From an uncultured Ilyobacter sp. (GTDB lineage Bacteria > Fusobacteriota > Fusobacteriia > Fusobacteriales > Fusobacteriaceae): a stretch of DNA of 64,000 nt. The position numbers were made by a program, and so were the translations under genes. Below the pieces are notes generated by a model. The model was not told the DNA's origin. It was given only the letters and a program-made list of their open reading frames with translations, and searched no databases. Position 1 is the first letter of the stretch. Each line of letters begins with the position of its first letter. The DNA is taken from contig OY760649.1 in the NCBI GenBank assembly GCA_963663915.1, positions 38,004 through 102,003 on the forward strand, in the 5' to 3' direction. This document shows, piece by piece, positions 1 to 10,275 of the stretch.

Positions 1-638
1 GAATATCTATTCCCTCTAATGTATCAAGTGCTAAATCGATCTTAGTTTTAAAAGAACGTTTTTGTTCTGCGCCGGATTCTTCAGAAAGGTAAGTTTTGAA
101 ATCCAAAGGTAAAGATAAGCCATTGGAATGACCATGCAAAGACACTATGCAATGAGACCATTCATTCTTGTTAGAAACATGAGAATAGTTGAACTTCAAG
201 CCTTCTATATTTTTAGAAGAAGTTTTCTTGCTAGAAAGTGTGTCATCAATAGAAAAGAAGAATGGGTTTTTAGATCCAGCCATACTCATTTCATTGAGAG
301 CGGTCTTTTTTCTAGCATAATTAAGATTTTTTTCATCCCATGGAGAATACAGAAGAAATTTATTAAAAGAACTTCTATCCCTTGTATTTAAAGAATTTCT
401 CCAGATATTTGAAAGAGTCTTTTTCCCACCAGAGTTAATAATACCATCAACAAAATTGAAAAGATGTTTTCTTTGCGGAAGAGACCATTTACAATCAAGT
501 TTAAAAAAATATTTGAAAAAATCAGAATTAAGGGTTAATATATTCATTGAGTAGACAACTCCTTGAGGTTTTTTGGTGTCGTGACCTTAATATTACCTCA
601 AAAAGTTGTCTATTTTTAATTTTTTGCACAAGTCGAGT
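1..638 (-). mobile_element. IS701-like (DDE) element, left end; transposase ATG at 547, frameshifted, runs off the window
   Basis: Manual minus-strand translation MNILTLNSDFFKYFFKLD...RDRSSFNKFLLYSPWD, then a frameshift into FSIDDTLSSKKTSSKNIEGLKFNYSH (IDDT motif). Terminus ACTCGACTTGTGCAAAA at about 638. Confidence 0.65.
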
Positions 639-822
639 AAAGAAGTAAAAATATAGATTAGAATAGTTTGAAACATCTATTATTTAAATTTGAATAGTCT
701 AGAATAAGTTGGAAATTTTTCTTGAAATTATACAAAAATCATAATATTTTAATCAAAGTCTAAGTGTAATGTTTGCCATTAGACCGTGGTTATTTAATTA
801 TCATATAAGAAAATAAATAATA

Positions 823-852
823 AAAAAAGACTTCAGAAACTGAAGCCTTTTT
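823..852 (-). terminator. Intrinsic terminator, probably bidirectional
   Basis: A-tract, AGACTTCAG-aaa-CTGAAGCCT hairpin, T-tract, downstream of the antitoxin gene. Confidence 0.6.
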
Positions 853-878
853 AAAAGAAATTAATTTTATGGGTTAGA

Positions 879-1160
879 CTATGAATGTTTTGGAATAAAA
901 GATATATGTAGCTCTTGACCTAGACCTTCAGCTACTCTTTTTAAAAATTCTAGACTAGGATTGAGAGATCCTTTCTCAAGTCTACTGATCCTTGATTGAT
1001 CTGTACCTATTAATTTAGCTAAATCAGACTGACTTATACCTTTTTCTTTTCTGGCTTTTATCATTGCTGTTATTATTTCATATTCAGGTCTTAATCTATC
1101 ATACTCTTCTTTAATTTCAATATCCTTCAATTTTTCAGTTAAATAATTATCAAATTTCAT
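879..1160 (-). CDS. XRE/HTH antitoxin (HigA-like)
   Basis: HTH_3 motif ARKEKGISQSDLAKLIGTDQSRISRLEKG; overlaps the upstream toxin gene. Confidence 0.85.
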   Translation of the reverse strand: MKFDNYLTEKLKDIEIKEEYDRLRPEYEIITAMIKARKEKGISQSDLAKLIGTDQSRISRLEKGSLNPSLEFLKRVAEGLGQELHISFIPKHS

Positions 1161-1503
1161 TTTTATACCTCCTTAAATGATCATCTTTATACTCTAGTGC
1201 CTTATCAAATTCTTTTTTTGGGGTTTTCTGTGTTTTCTTGATAAACCCATTTGTTAAAATTATATCTTCATTAGAAAAAAAGAAATAGAATATTCTAGAT
1301 ATATCTGAACCAGCTTTTACTCTAAGCTCATATAATCCATTTTTCATATATTTCACATGAGGTTCCTTTAAATCTCGTCCATTATCTTGAAGCAGTTTTA
1401 ATTCTCTTAAAGCTTTGGCTAACATCTTTTTTTCAAGAGAATCTAGAAAATCTTTTACAGGGCATTTCCCATTTTCTCTTGTATAAAAATCCACATGGTA
1501 CAA
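1150..1503 (-). CDS. RelE/HigB (Gp49-like) toxin; likely TTG start at 1503 (ORF track gives 1512)
   Basis: Motifs CPVKDFL, GLYELRVK, RIFYFF, ILTNGFIKKTQKTP; toxin-before-antitoxin order; RBS GAGGTG. Confidence 0.85.
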   Translation of the reverse strand: MYHVDFYTRENGKCPVKDFLDSLEKKMLAKALRELKLLQDNGRDLKEPHVKYMKNGLYELRVKAGSDISRIFYFFFSNEDIILTNGFIKKTQKTPKKEFDKALEYKDDHLRRYKNEI

Positions 1504-1522
1504 TGATATCACCTCTAGTAAA

Positions 1523-1568
1523 ATTATATGTTATATACAACATAAAGTCAATATGTTTTATATGACAT
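1523..1568 (-). promoter_or_regulatory. sigma70 promoter of the TA operon with two operator palindromes
   Basis: Minus-strand TTGACT-N17-TATAAT (1551-1523); palindromes ATGTTATATACAACAT (1528-1543) and ATGTTTTATATGACAT (1553-1568). Confidence 0.65.
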
Positions 1569-1830
1569 TAGTTTATCGAATATAAATAAAGCACATATTA
1601 CTACAAATAATTGAATCAATACTAAATTATAGAAACAAAAAGGCCTCCATAAGGAGACCTCTAAGCATATCTTGGGTATTATATACATTTTTGTTGTCAT
1701 ACATAATTTTTCATTTCATACAAAATAGACTCCTAATTAGTAGGTAATACTTCAAATGAATAGAAATAGTATATTTAAAATCCATACTAAATTCTTGAAA
1801 ATCTCTGTGAATATATTTTAGCATTTTTGA

Positions 1831-2754
1831 TTATACAAAAATATTCTTCATAATAATTAAAACTATTGGAACAGAAATTAGCATTAACAGAGTGGTTTGA
1901 GCAACTCCTCTTACAGCCAGTTGAGTATCACAGTTTTTTTCTTCTGAAAATATAACAGTCAGTGACCCTGATGGTAGTGCAGTAAGAAGTACAATAATCA
2001 GAGCAATATCTCTTTCAACTTTAAAAACAGATAAAACTACACACATTAGAAATGGCAATAAAATTAATCTGAAAAAAGATATAATATAAGAATGCTTTTC
2101 AGTAAAGATACTTCTAAAATCCATTCTTGAAACTTCACAGCCAATAATTATCATTGATAAAGGTACTATCATAGAACCAACCATTGAAAGAGATTCACCT
2201 ACAAAATTAGGCAATCTGAATGGTAGAATATAAAGAAAAACTGACAGAAGAGAAATTAAAATTATTTTATTAAAAACAACTTTTTTTCTTTTAGTTTTAT
2301 CTCCCAATTCCATAAGATAAATACCTAAAGAAAAAAAGAAAATTTGATAACTTATATTGTAAGCGACTCCGTATAAAAGTCCTTTTTGTCCAAACAATTC
2401 GACGAGTAGTGGGAAACCTATAAAACCAACATTAGCAAAAACAATTAAATTAATGAAAACACTTTTAAAACCCCAGTCACCTTTAAACTTTTTACTTATC
2501 AATATCAATATTCCTAATGAAATTAGATAATATAAGCTACTTACTCCAAATACAATTGCTATACCTAAGAAATTCTCTTTTTCAAACGGTTGAAATGCCG
2601 AGGCTAATATACTAGCTGGTAGAACTGCTTCCATAAGTAATTTAGAAAGGTTTTTCTTCATTTCTTCAGTTATTGTGCCAACTCTTTCAAGAGTAAATCC
2701 TAAACCCATCATTAAGATTATTTTACCAAATAATTCTATCAATTGATTGACCAT
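1831..2754 (-). CDS. AEC (auxin efflux carrier) family membrane transporter
   Basis: About 10 TM helices; FANVGFIGFPL, VGSMIVPLSMIIIG and ALPSG motifs. Confidence 0.85.
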   Translation of the reverse strand: MVNQLIELFGKIILMMGLGFTLERVGTITEEMKKNLSKLLMEAVLPASILASAFQPFEKENFLGIAIVFGVSSLYYLISLGILILISKKFKGDWGFKSVFINLIVFANVGFIGFPLLVELFGQKGLLYGVAYNISYQIFFFSLGIYLMELGDKTKRKKVVFNKIILISLLSVFLYILPFRLPNFVGESLSMVGSMIVPLSMIIIGCEVSRMDFRSIFTEKHSYIISFFRLILLPFLMCVVLSVFKVERDIALIIVLLTALPSGSLTVIFSEEKNCDTQLAVRGVAQTTLLMLISVPIVLIIMKNIFV

Positions 2755-3172
2755 TTACTTTCCACCTTTTTAATTTCCTAAACACTTTTATTAAATCTAT
2801 TCTCTTTGTAATTCTGAATACTTTCTCAATTGCTTCTATTAAATATTTTTGGATGCTCTTCCTTTTTATATTCTGGTTAAATCTTTGTAAAAATAAGAGG
2901 TGTTTAAGACTAAAAAATTATTTATAATTGTAAAATATAGTATCAACTTCCTATTTGCTATAATTGTAGTAAATACCATAAATCTCTTCACAATTTTTCA
3001 GTTCTGTTTCCTCTACTGCTTGATTGTAGTTAATAAAATAAAACAGGAAACCGAATTATCCCATAAGTTCCTTTGTGTGCACTTAGTATCTAACTGTAAA
3101 TAATTCTGTCTTTTGCTACAACTTCACTTAATGGGAATTCTGACACAATACCTTAAATTTTATATATACACC

Positions 3173-3952
3173 TTAAAAATTAATGTTCTCAAAATTAATT
3201 ACTATTTTTTCTATCTTTTTCTTAAATTCTAAAAGTCCATTTTTTATTTTTTCTTCTTTAGAATCTGCTCTAAAGGTTGGAATACTTACACTTACTGCCA
3301 TATAAATTTCATTTTTCTTAACTATTGGAACCGAATAACATTGAATATGTTCTGTAACTTCTTCTTTTTCATAAGCTATACCAGTTTTTCTGATTTCTAA
3401 AATTTCGTTATATAAATCTTCTATACTATCAATTGTTTTAGGAGTTATTTTTTTTAAACCATTAGGATAAAGATCTTTCAACTCTGTAAAGGTATGTTTG
3501 CTTAAAAGTGCCTTTCCTAAACTTGTGCAATATGCTGGTAATCTAGTTCCTTCATTTGAAACTAGCCTAATACGTTCTGATGAGTCTATTCTTATTAAGT
3601 ACAAAACTTCCCCATCTTTTAATACAGCTAGCTGGCATGTTTCAGAGAATTGATTTACTAGTTCTTGCATTTCATTTTTTAATATACCTAAAACAGTATT
3701 TTTATTTAAATATGCTGCTGATAAAGCAAGTACTCTTGCTCCTAGTGTAAATTTTAAAGTTTGTTCATTAAGACTCAAGTATCCTTGACTATTCAATGTT
3801 TGAATAATTGGATATAAACTACTTTTTGGTATCTCTAAAATTTTTGTCAACTCTGTTAGACTATAACCATTTTCTGAATTTGCTAATTTTTCAAGTATTT
3901 CTAATACTCTTAATGTGGATCTGTGCTGATACAAAGACATATCTCTCCTCAC
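3173..3952 (-). CDS. IclR family transcriptional regulator
   Basis: N-terminal wHTH (LTELTKILEIPKSSLYPIIQTL); GTRLPAYCTSLGKALL signature. Confidence 0.92.
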   Translation of the reverse strand: MRRDMSLYQHRSTLRVLEILEKLANSENGYSLTELTKILEIPKSSLYPIIQTLNSQGYLSLNEQTLKFTLGARVLALSAAYLNKNTVLGILKNEMQELVNQFSETCQLAVLKDGEVLYLIRIDSSERIRLVSNEGTRLPAYCTSLGKALLSKHTFTELKDLYPNGLKKITPKTIDSIEDLYNEILEIRKTGIAYEKEEVTEHIQCYSVPIVKKNEIYMAVSVSIPTFRADSKEEKIKNGLLEFKKKIEKIVINFENINF

Positions 3953-4062
3953 TTCTTTTATTATTTTATCTATATCATTATACTTCTTTTATTATTTTGT
4001 GCAATATCTAATAAAAATTCCTTCCTCATTAATAAATTAATTAGGAAGGAATAAATATTATT

Positions 4063-5214
4063 TTACGCAATTTTTTTAAATAATTCGACTAGTTTCTCTT
4101 TATTAAAGAAAACAGGATTTGCTCCAGCACAAGCGTCATTCATTGCATTTTTTGCTAATCTGTCAAAATCTGGTGAATTAACGCCCACATCTCTTAAAGT
4201 TTTAGGAATTCCAACTTTTTCTGAAAGATTTGTAATAGCTTCTATTACAAATTCTGCACATTGGATATCTGTTTTATTTGCAACATCCATACCTATTGTT
4301 TTAGCAATTGCTCTAAATTTTTCAGGAATAAATTTAGAATTCTCTTCTTGAACTATAGGAAGAAGCATTGCATTACAAACACCATGTGGTAAATCGTATA
4401 ATCCTCCTAATTGATGTGCCATAGCATGCACATTTCCTAATCCCGCATTACTAAACGCTATTCCATTTAAGAAACATGCATAACTAAGCTGTTCTCTTGC
4501 CTGACTATCGTTTCCGTCTTTAACAGCTCTGGGGAGATAGTCAAAAATTTGCTTTATAGCGTATAAAGCTGTTGAATCAGTAACATCATATGCTCCCTTA
4601 GCTACTACTGCCTCTATGGCGTGTGTCAGGGCATCCATACCTGTTGCAGCAGTTAGATCTGAAGGTTTACTCAGCATAAGTTCAGGATCATTGACCGTTA
4701 TGGCGGCAAGTGAATTTGTATCTACCATAATCATCTTTACATGTCTTTCTTCATCTGTAATAACATAATTAATCGTTACTTCTGCTGAAGTCCCGGCAGT
4801 TGTTGTTATAGCAACAATTGGAAGAGATTTTTGTTTTGTTTTGTTTACTCCTTCATAATCTTTAACTTCACCACCATTTGTAGCTAAAATAGCAATAGCC
4901 TTACCACAATCTTGAGGTGATCCACCTCCAACTGTAATAACGAAATCACATTCCGATTTTCTTAAAAGTTCTAATCCCAAATTCACATTATTCAATGTAG
5001 GATTAGGCTTAACATTATCATAAATAACATACTCAACACCTATTTTATCTAACAAATCTGTTACTTTATTAACCGTACCATTAGACACAAGAAATTTATC
5101 ACTAACTATTAACGCCTTTTTTGTTCCTAAACTACCTACTGGTCCCTTAATCTCAGATAAACAACCTTTCCCTATTAAATTAATTGGAGGGATATAATAA
5201 ATGCTCATAATCAA
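4063..5214 (-). CDS. Iron-containing alcohol dehydrogenase (FucO/DhaT/YiaY-like)
   Basis: GGGSPQD, TTAGTSAE, GMDALTHAIE, HAMAHQLGG and HGVCNA motifs. Confidence 0.92.
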   Translation of the reverse strand: MIMSIYYIPPINLIGKGCLSEIKGPVGSLGTKKALIVSDKFLVSNGTVNKVTDLLDKIGVEYVIYDNVKPNPTLNNVNLGLELLRKSECDFVITVGGGSPQDCGKAIAILATNGGEVKDYEGVNKTKQKSLPIVAITTTAGTSAEVTINYVITDEERHVKMIMVDTNSLAAITVNDPELMLSKPSDLTAATGMDALTHAIEAVVAKGAYDVTDSTALYAIKQIFDYLPRAVKDGNDSQAREQLSYACFLNGIAFSNAGLGNVHAMAHQLGGLYDLPHGVCNAMLLPIVQEENSKFIPEKFRAIAKTIGMDVANKTDIQCAEFVIEAITNLSEKVGIPKTLRDVGVNSPDFDRLAKNAMNDACAGANPVFFNKEKLVELFKKIA

Positions 5215-5295
5215 TCTCCTTTATATAAAAAGTAATTTTTAAGCTACCCTAAACTAAATTTAGTTTAGGGCTTTAAATTTTGAATCTATAGCTTT

Positions 5296-6456
5296 TTATA
5301 CAAAGTTACATGCTCTAGCTATGGCAATTTCATTGAATCCTAACACTTCTGCTTTTGTAGGTTTACCATTTGCTATCTCAATAACTTGCTTTAGTAAATT
5401 ATCACTTAGTTGCTCCATAGTTTCTGGACCGTAAATTACAGGACTAGCATCAAAATCTATATTGTCTTTCATAGTTTGAGCAGTTATCTTGTTTCCAGTA
5501 ATTTTTAATACTGGAGCAATAGGATTCCCGGTTGGTGTTCCTCTTCCCGTTGTGAATAAAACAATTTGAGCTCCCCCTGCAATCATTCCTGCAACCGAAG
5601 AAGGGTCATTACCTGGAGTATCCATTATTACTAAGCCTCTTTCTGTTACTGGCTTTGCATAATCAAATACTTCATTTATAGTAGTGTGTCCTCCCTTATG
5701 TATGCATCCCAGAGATTTTTCTTCTAATGTTGTTATTCCACCAGCTTTATTCCCAGGTGCTGGATTTCCTTCTCTAACATCAACACCCGCAGCTTGGATA
5801 TGTTTTTCATATCTATGAATTATCTCATAAATCCTATTTTTTACTTTTTCATCTTTTGCACGTCTTGCCAAAATATGTTCTGCTCCAATAAATTCTGTAG
5901 TTTCACTTAAAATTGATGTGGATCCTAATGCTATAATTTTATCACTAAATTCACCCACAAGAGGGTTTGAAGCTAATCCTGAAGTGGGATCTGAACCTCC
6001 ACATTCTGTTCCTATAATCAATTCAGAAATTGGAAATTCTTCTCTTCTTAGTAATGCAGCTTCTTGTACCATTTCATTAGATAATCTTACTGCCTTCTCT
6101 ATCGCCTTGAGAGTTCCCCCAGCTTCTTGAATAATAACAGTCTTAACAGGTTTATTAGTTCTCTTTTTAATTGCTTCTACAACTAAATGCATTTGACAAT
6201 TCTCACACCCTAGAGAAACAACTACTGACCCATAAATATTAGGATTAGCCGCGAACCCAGCCATTACATCCATTGTAAGTTCTTGGTCTGGAGCTACTTG
6301 AGAACATCCAAGCTGATTATTGAATGTAACCGTTCCATTTACTTGAGAAGATACTATTCTTGTAGTATCAGAAGCACATACACTTGCAGGTAATACCAGA
6401 ACATTGTTTCTAATTCCAACTTTCCCATCAGGTCTTTTATATCCATAAAAATTCAT
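5296..6456 (-). CDS. UxaA/GarD-family sugar-acid dehydratase, large subunit
   Basis: GYKRPDGKVGIRN, SLGCE, ECGGSD, TTLEEKSLG and FTTGRGTP motifs; no N-terminal SAF domain. Confidence 0.9.
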   Translation of the reverse strand: MNFYGYKRPDGKVGIRNNVLVLPASVCASDTTRIVSSQVNGTVTFNNQLGCSQVAPDQELTMDVMAGFAANPNIYGSVVVSLGCENCQMHLVVEAIKKRTNKPVKTVIIQEAGGTLKAIEKAVRLSNEMVQEAALLRREEFPISELIIGTECGGSDPTSGLASNPLVGEFSDKIIALGSTSILSETTEFIGAEHILARRAKDEKVKNRIYEIIHRYEKHIQAAGVDVREGNPAPGNKAGGITTLEEKSLGCIHKGGHTTINEVFDYAKPVTERGLVIMDTPGNDPSSVAGMIAGGAQIVLFTTGRGTPTGNPIAPVLKITGNKITAQTMKDNIDFDASPVIYGPETMEQLSDNLLKQVIEIANGKPTKAEVLGFNEIAIARACNFV

Positions 6457-6504
6457 GCTAATTTCCTCCTTAATATTATTTGATCAATTAATTTTTTAAT
6501 CTTG

Positions 6505-6786
6505 TTATAGTTCTTCCCTAACACTCTCTACATTATGTTCATGAACATGCATTCCTGTCTCAATATTAATTTTTGCAACCCCAATATGTTCTCCATACTT
6601 AACCACAGGTTTCCCTTTGACAATATCTTTGGCTGCTGCCTTGTGGTAAATAGTAATATCATCCAATGCAATCATTGTGCTAATATTACCATTCTTTTTT
6701 GTATATTTAATTTCTGAACCTTTTTTAATTTCTTCAATTGCCACTACAACATCATCTTGATCATCAATTATTACTGCGTTTAACAT
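6505..6786 (-). CDS. UxaA-family dehydratase small (SAF-domain) subunit
   Basis: DDVVVA...HKAAAKDIVKGKPVVKYGEHIG...GMHVHEHN. Confidence 0.9.
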   Translation of the reverse strand: MLNAVIIDDQDDVVVAIEEIKKGSEIKYTKKNGNISTMIALDDITIYHKAAAKDIVKGKPVVKYGEHIGVAKINIETGMHVHEHNVESVREEL

Positions 6787-6837
6787 GGCTAACCTCTCCT
6801 TTTAATTTTTTATTTAATAACTAAAAAGTTATTTTTT

Positions 6838-7815
6838 TTATTGAACCTTTAATATTTTATCTTTACTTTCAATTGGAATTTTTGGACACCCATATTTCTT
6901 TGCCCACCAAGTTGTAATCAACGGTACTACTATTGCACTAAAAACTACTGCCGCTGCTACCTGAGTCGTTGCTGTTGCAGCATAAGGTGCCCATGTTGGA
7001 TCTATTATGGCTACTGCTGCTGGTGTTGCTATACTATTTCCTGCCGCACTGGCTACTGCCCATCCGGCATACCCAGGACGCTTTCCAAGAAAAATATCGC
7101 AAAGTACTATAAATCCTCCACCTATAAACACAACAATGAATCCTAAAAGAATTCCTGAGAATCCACCCTTCAGTATGTTAGTTAAATTAATTCCTCCACC
7201 TAATGTAAATCCAACAAATGGAATCAGAAGAGCACATCCAGGCTCTAAGAATTTTTTAAGTTCTTTATCAAAATTACCTAATAGCATTCCCACTATTATC
7301 GGTACAACTGCTGCTAAAAGAGACATCAATGGGATATTAGCAAGTCCAGATGCACCTAAGGCAACTAGAGTGAAAAAAGGACCATCATTTATTGTTAAAA
7401 GACTCATAGCTGCACTATCAGTTTCATCGCCATAGTTAGTCATAAGTGAAAGATATAAACTTCCATTACTATTTGTAACTGAGCTTATCACTGCTAAAGT
7501 AGTTAATCCAAAAATTCCGCCCATACCAAATACTTTACCTATAAAAATTCCTATTACAGCGCCTATTATAAACTTAGAAGCCAATAAAATTCCGCCTCTT
7601 TTTAAAACTTTGGGCATTTCTCTAAATTGAAGTTGAGTTCCTAAGCAAACAAGTTGGACACCAATTATTGAGGCCGCTCCCTTACTTGAAAATACTGCTG
7701 TAGTAAAGGATCCTATCTGTACAATCTGTGGACAGAATGTATTAATGAGTGCCGCTAAAAACATTGGGACAATCATCATTCCTGCAGGAACTTTTTTAAT
7801 AAATTTCATAATCAT
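6838..7815 (-). CDS. kdgT: 2-keto-3-deoxygluconate permease
   Basis: KVPAGMMIVP, NSNGSLY, NDGPFFT and AGNSIATPAAVA motifs of the KdgT family. Confidence 0.9.
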   Translation of the reverse strand: MIMKFIKKVPAGMMIVPMFLAALINTFCPQIVQIGSFTTAVFSSKGAASIIGVQLVCLGTQLQFREMPKVLKRGGILLASKFIIGAVIGIFIGKVFGMGGIFGLTTLAVISSVTNSNGSLYLSLMTNYGDETDSAAMSLLTINDGPFFTLVALGASGLANIPLMSLLAAVVPIIVGMLLGNFDKELKKFLEPGCALLIPFVGFTLGGGINLTNILKGGFSGILLGFIVVFIGGGFIVLCDIFLGKRPGYAGWAVASAAGNSIATPAAVAIIDPTWAPYAATATTQVAAAVVFSAIVVPLITTWWAKKYGCPKIPIESKDKILKVQ

Positions 7816-7843
7816 TTTTAGTTTCCCCCTTTTTTTTATTTTA

Positions 7844-8731
7844 TTAACCTTTAAATTTTTTCATGATATTTTTTATTCTTTCAGTTTGTTCTTCGTTAAC
7901 CTTCGAAAATGGAGTTGTACAATTTTCATCTATTTCCACTCCATTTAAAATCATTGCTTTTTTCATTGTTGGAATAAAAGGATTAGAAACTTCATATAGC
8001 TCCATCATTTTATTTACTTCCTTTTGGATTTCAAAAGCTTTCTCATAGTCTTTTTCTCTTACTGTCTTAGACCATTCTGAAAACTTTTTAGGGTAGAGAT
8101 TTGAAAGTCCTCCAATACAACCTGCTCCTCCGGAAATTACATTACTCAGAAAAAATTCATCAAATCCACTATATATTTGAAATTCTGGAAATTCTGGAAT
8201 AATTGTCTCTATTAATTTTCTTGTATGGCCCATTTCAACCACAGTATCTTTATAGCCAACTATATTTTTATGTTTTCTGCATAAGTTTAAAGTTATTTCT
8301 GGAGATAAATCATATCCCGTCCTATCAGGAAAATTATAAAGATAAATACTGGCATTTGTTCCTTCTGCTACTTCATTATAATATCTTTCTAAATCTTCAT
8401 TTGATAGTGTAAAATAATAAGGACTTATTACCATCACTCCATCTACTCCTCTTTTGTGAGCATATTCTGATAATTCAATTGTTTCATCTACTCTCATTCT
8501 TGCTGTTCCAATTAATAGTTTAGCTTTTCCTTTGATAGTTTCAACAGCACAATCAATTAATTTTTTATGTTCTTCCATAGTTAAGTTGAAAAATTCTCCG
8601 GTACTTCCAAGTACTACTATACCATCAATACCTCCTTCTATAAGATGATTATAGACTTTTTTGTTTCCTTCCAAATGAATATTTTGATTTTCATCAAATA
8701 TTGTTACTGCTGGTGTCATAAATTTTTTCAT
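7844..8731 (-). CDS. DHDPS/NAL-family aldolase (YagE/YjhH-like 2-keto-3-deoxy sugar acid aldolase)
   Basis: GSTGEF, YLYNFPDRTG, Schiff-base lysine in GYKDT. Confidence 0.85.
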   Translation of the reverse strand: MKKFMTPAVTIFDENQNIHLEGNKKVYNHLIEGGIDGIVVLGSTGEFFNLTMEEHKKLIDCAVETIKGKAKLLIGTARMRVDETIELSEYAHKRGVDGVMVISPYYFTLSNEDLERYYNEVAEGTNASIYLYNFPDRTGYDLSPEITLNLCRKHKNIVGYKDTVVEMGHTRKLIETIIPEFPEFQIYSGFDEFFLSNVISGGAGCIGGLSNLYPKKFSEWSKTVREKDYEKAFEIQKEVNKMMELYEVSNPFIPTMKKAMILNGVEIDENCTTPFSKVNEEQTERIKNIMKKFKG

Positions 8732-8743
8732 TTTTGCCTCCTT

Positions 8744-9610
8744 TTATATAATAGTATTTTTTAAGTCACCTATTTTTTCTATAGTACAAATTACCTCATC
8801 ACCTTTTTTCAAAAAACTTTGTGGAACCATTCCTAACCCTACACCTGATGGAGTACCTGTTGCAATAATATCTCCCGCCTCTAAAGTTATTCCTTTTGTA
8901 ATCTCTTCAATGATTTCGCCTATTCCTTTAATTAAATATTTTGTATTAGAATTTTGTCTCAATTCTCCATTTACATAACTTTTTATATCTAATTCAGGTG
9001 GAAAATTCAAAGCACTTTTATGTACAATACAAGGTCCCATCGCCGCAAAAGAATCTAATCCTTTTCCTAGGTACCATTGATTATGATCTGCTTGTAATTT
9101 TCTTGCTGATATATCATTAATTATCGAATAACCAAAGATATATTCTTCTGCGTCTTCTTTCTTTACATTTCTGCATTTTTTTCCAATTATGACTCCTAAT
9201 TCAACCTCATAATCAATTTCTGAATCTATATCAAAATGGCCTTCTATATCTTGATTCGTTCCAATAATACTTGAAACTCTCTTTGAAAAATAAACCGTTT
9301 TCTTAGGTTCAATAAAATTACCATTATCAAATTTTTCTTTTGTTTCTACTAAATGCTCATGATAGTTAACTCCTACACATATAATGTCATGCTTGGTTTT
9401 TTCTAGTATTGGTAATAATTTAATTTTTTTCAATGGAATTCCATTTTCTTCTACTTTTAGATCATCCAAAGAATTTTCTATTAGAATATTCATATCCGAG
9501 ATTTCTAATCCGTTTGACTCTTTGATTTTAAAAACTTTATTTTCACATTGTGATAATATTCCTAAATTTATCTTTTCCAAACTCCTAGTTTTATATCTAA
9601 TTAATTTCAA
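8744..9610 (-). CDS. Fumarylacetoacetate hydrolase family protein; likely TTG start at 9610
   Basis: ICVGVNYHEH, DYEVELGVIIG, NDISAR and GDIIATGTPSGVG motifs; RBS GAGGGGAG just upstream of 9610. Confidence 0.88.
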   Translation of the reverse strand: MKLIRYKTRSLEKINLGILSQCENKVFKIKESNGLEISDMNILIENSLDDLKVEENGIPLKKIKLLPILEKTKHDIICVGVNYHEHLVETKEKFDNGNFIEPKKTVYFSKRVSSIIGTNQDIEGHFDIDSEIDYEVELGVIIGKKCRNVKKEDAEEYIFGYSIINDISARKLQADHNQWYLGKGLDSFAAMGPCIVHKSALNFPPELDIKSYVNGELRQNSNTKYLIKGIGEIIEEITKGITLEAGDIIATGTPSGVGLGMVPQSFLKKGDEVICTIEKIGDLKNTII

Positions 9611-9631
9611 AATATTCTCCCCTCTTTTTTT

Positions 9632-9706
9632 GTTCTTATATAAAAACACAGTACCTATATAGGATCTCTATAAGTACTTTATACTACTCATCTGATGACT
9701 TGTCAA
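9632..9706 (-). promoter_or_regulatory. Catabolic operon promoter with two tandem operator-like palindromes
   Basis: Minus-strand TTGACA-N17-TATAAA (9706-9678); palindromes GTTCTTATATAAAAAC (9632-9647) and GTACCTATATAGGATC (9651-9666). Confidence 0.65.
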
Positions 9707-10124
9707 ACTTTTTGTTCTTTTTTTTAATTAAAGTTCAAATTAAATTCAGTACTAATCCATTCACAATAGTAAAATTGGACTTTTAAAAGATAATTTGTAT
9801 ATATCTACAAAATTATTTAAAAACCGATTTTTCAAATGGATTCTTTAAGTTTTTATTACTACTGAAAAAAAAACTTAAAAATAGCATCCTATTACGCAGG
9901 CGTAATTAGCAGAGTTTTTCCACAAGCTGCCCAGAGTCTCGAAGTGTAAAGCTAAGTTTTTTTTTGAAATATAAAGAAGAGGGGCCATTTATTGAGCTCC
10001 TCTTTTAGTGTCTTAGAAGAAATTAAAAAGAATCTTATCTGTTTAGTATTTAAATCAGACTAAAAATTGATTGATTATTTCGGTGTTTCTTGATATGTTA
10101 TGTGATACACTTGTTATTATATAT

Positions 10125-10200
10125 GAATTAACGGCAAACCTCTGGAAACGAAGGGACGCAAAACTATAGGGCCTGTAAAATGGCAGCCAGTTTCCAAAGA
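10125..10200 (+). ncRNA. c-di-GMP-I (GEMM) riboswitch
   Basis: GGCAAACC...GAAA...GGGACGCAAA...GGGCCT...TGGCAGCCAG consensus; terminator-like hairpin AGTATGG...CCATACT plus T-rich tail at about 10224-10257. Confidence 0.9.
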
Positions 10201-10275
10201 AAGAATTCTTTGTCCTATTTTAGAGTATGGTTTTTTTGCCATACTTATTTTATTTTTGAAGGAGATTTTTAAATT

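Noticed and set aside
2760-3170. Possible decayed gene between iclR and the AEC transporter (and the + strand ORF 2900-3103)
   Set aside because: Only short broken frames with no recognisable motif.
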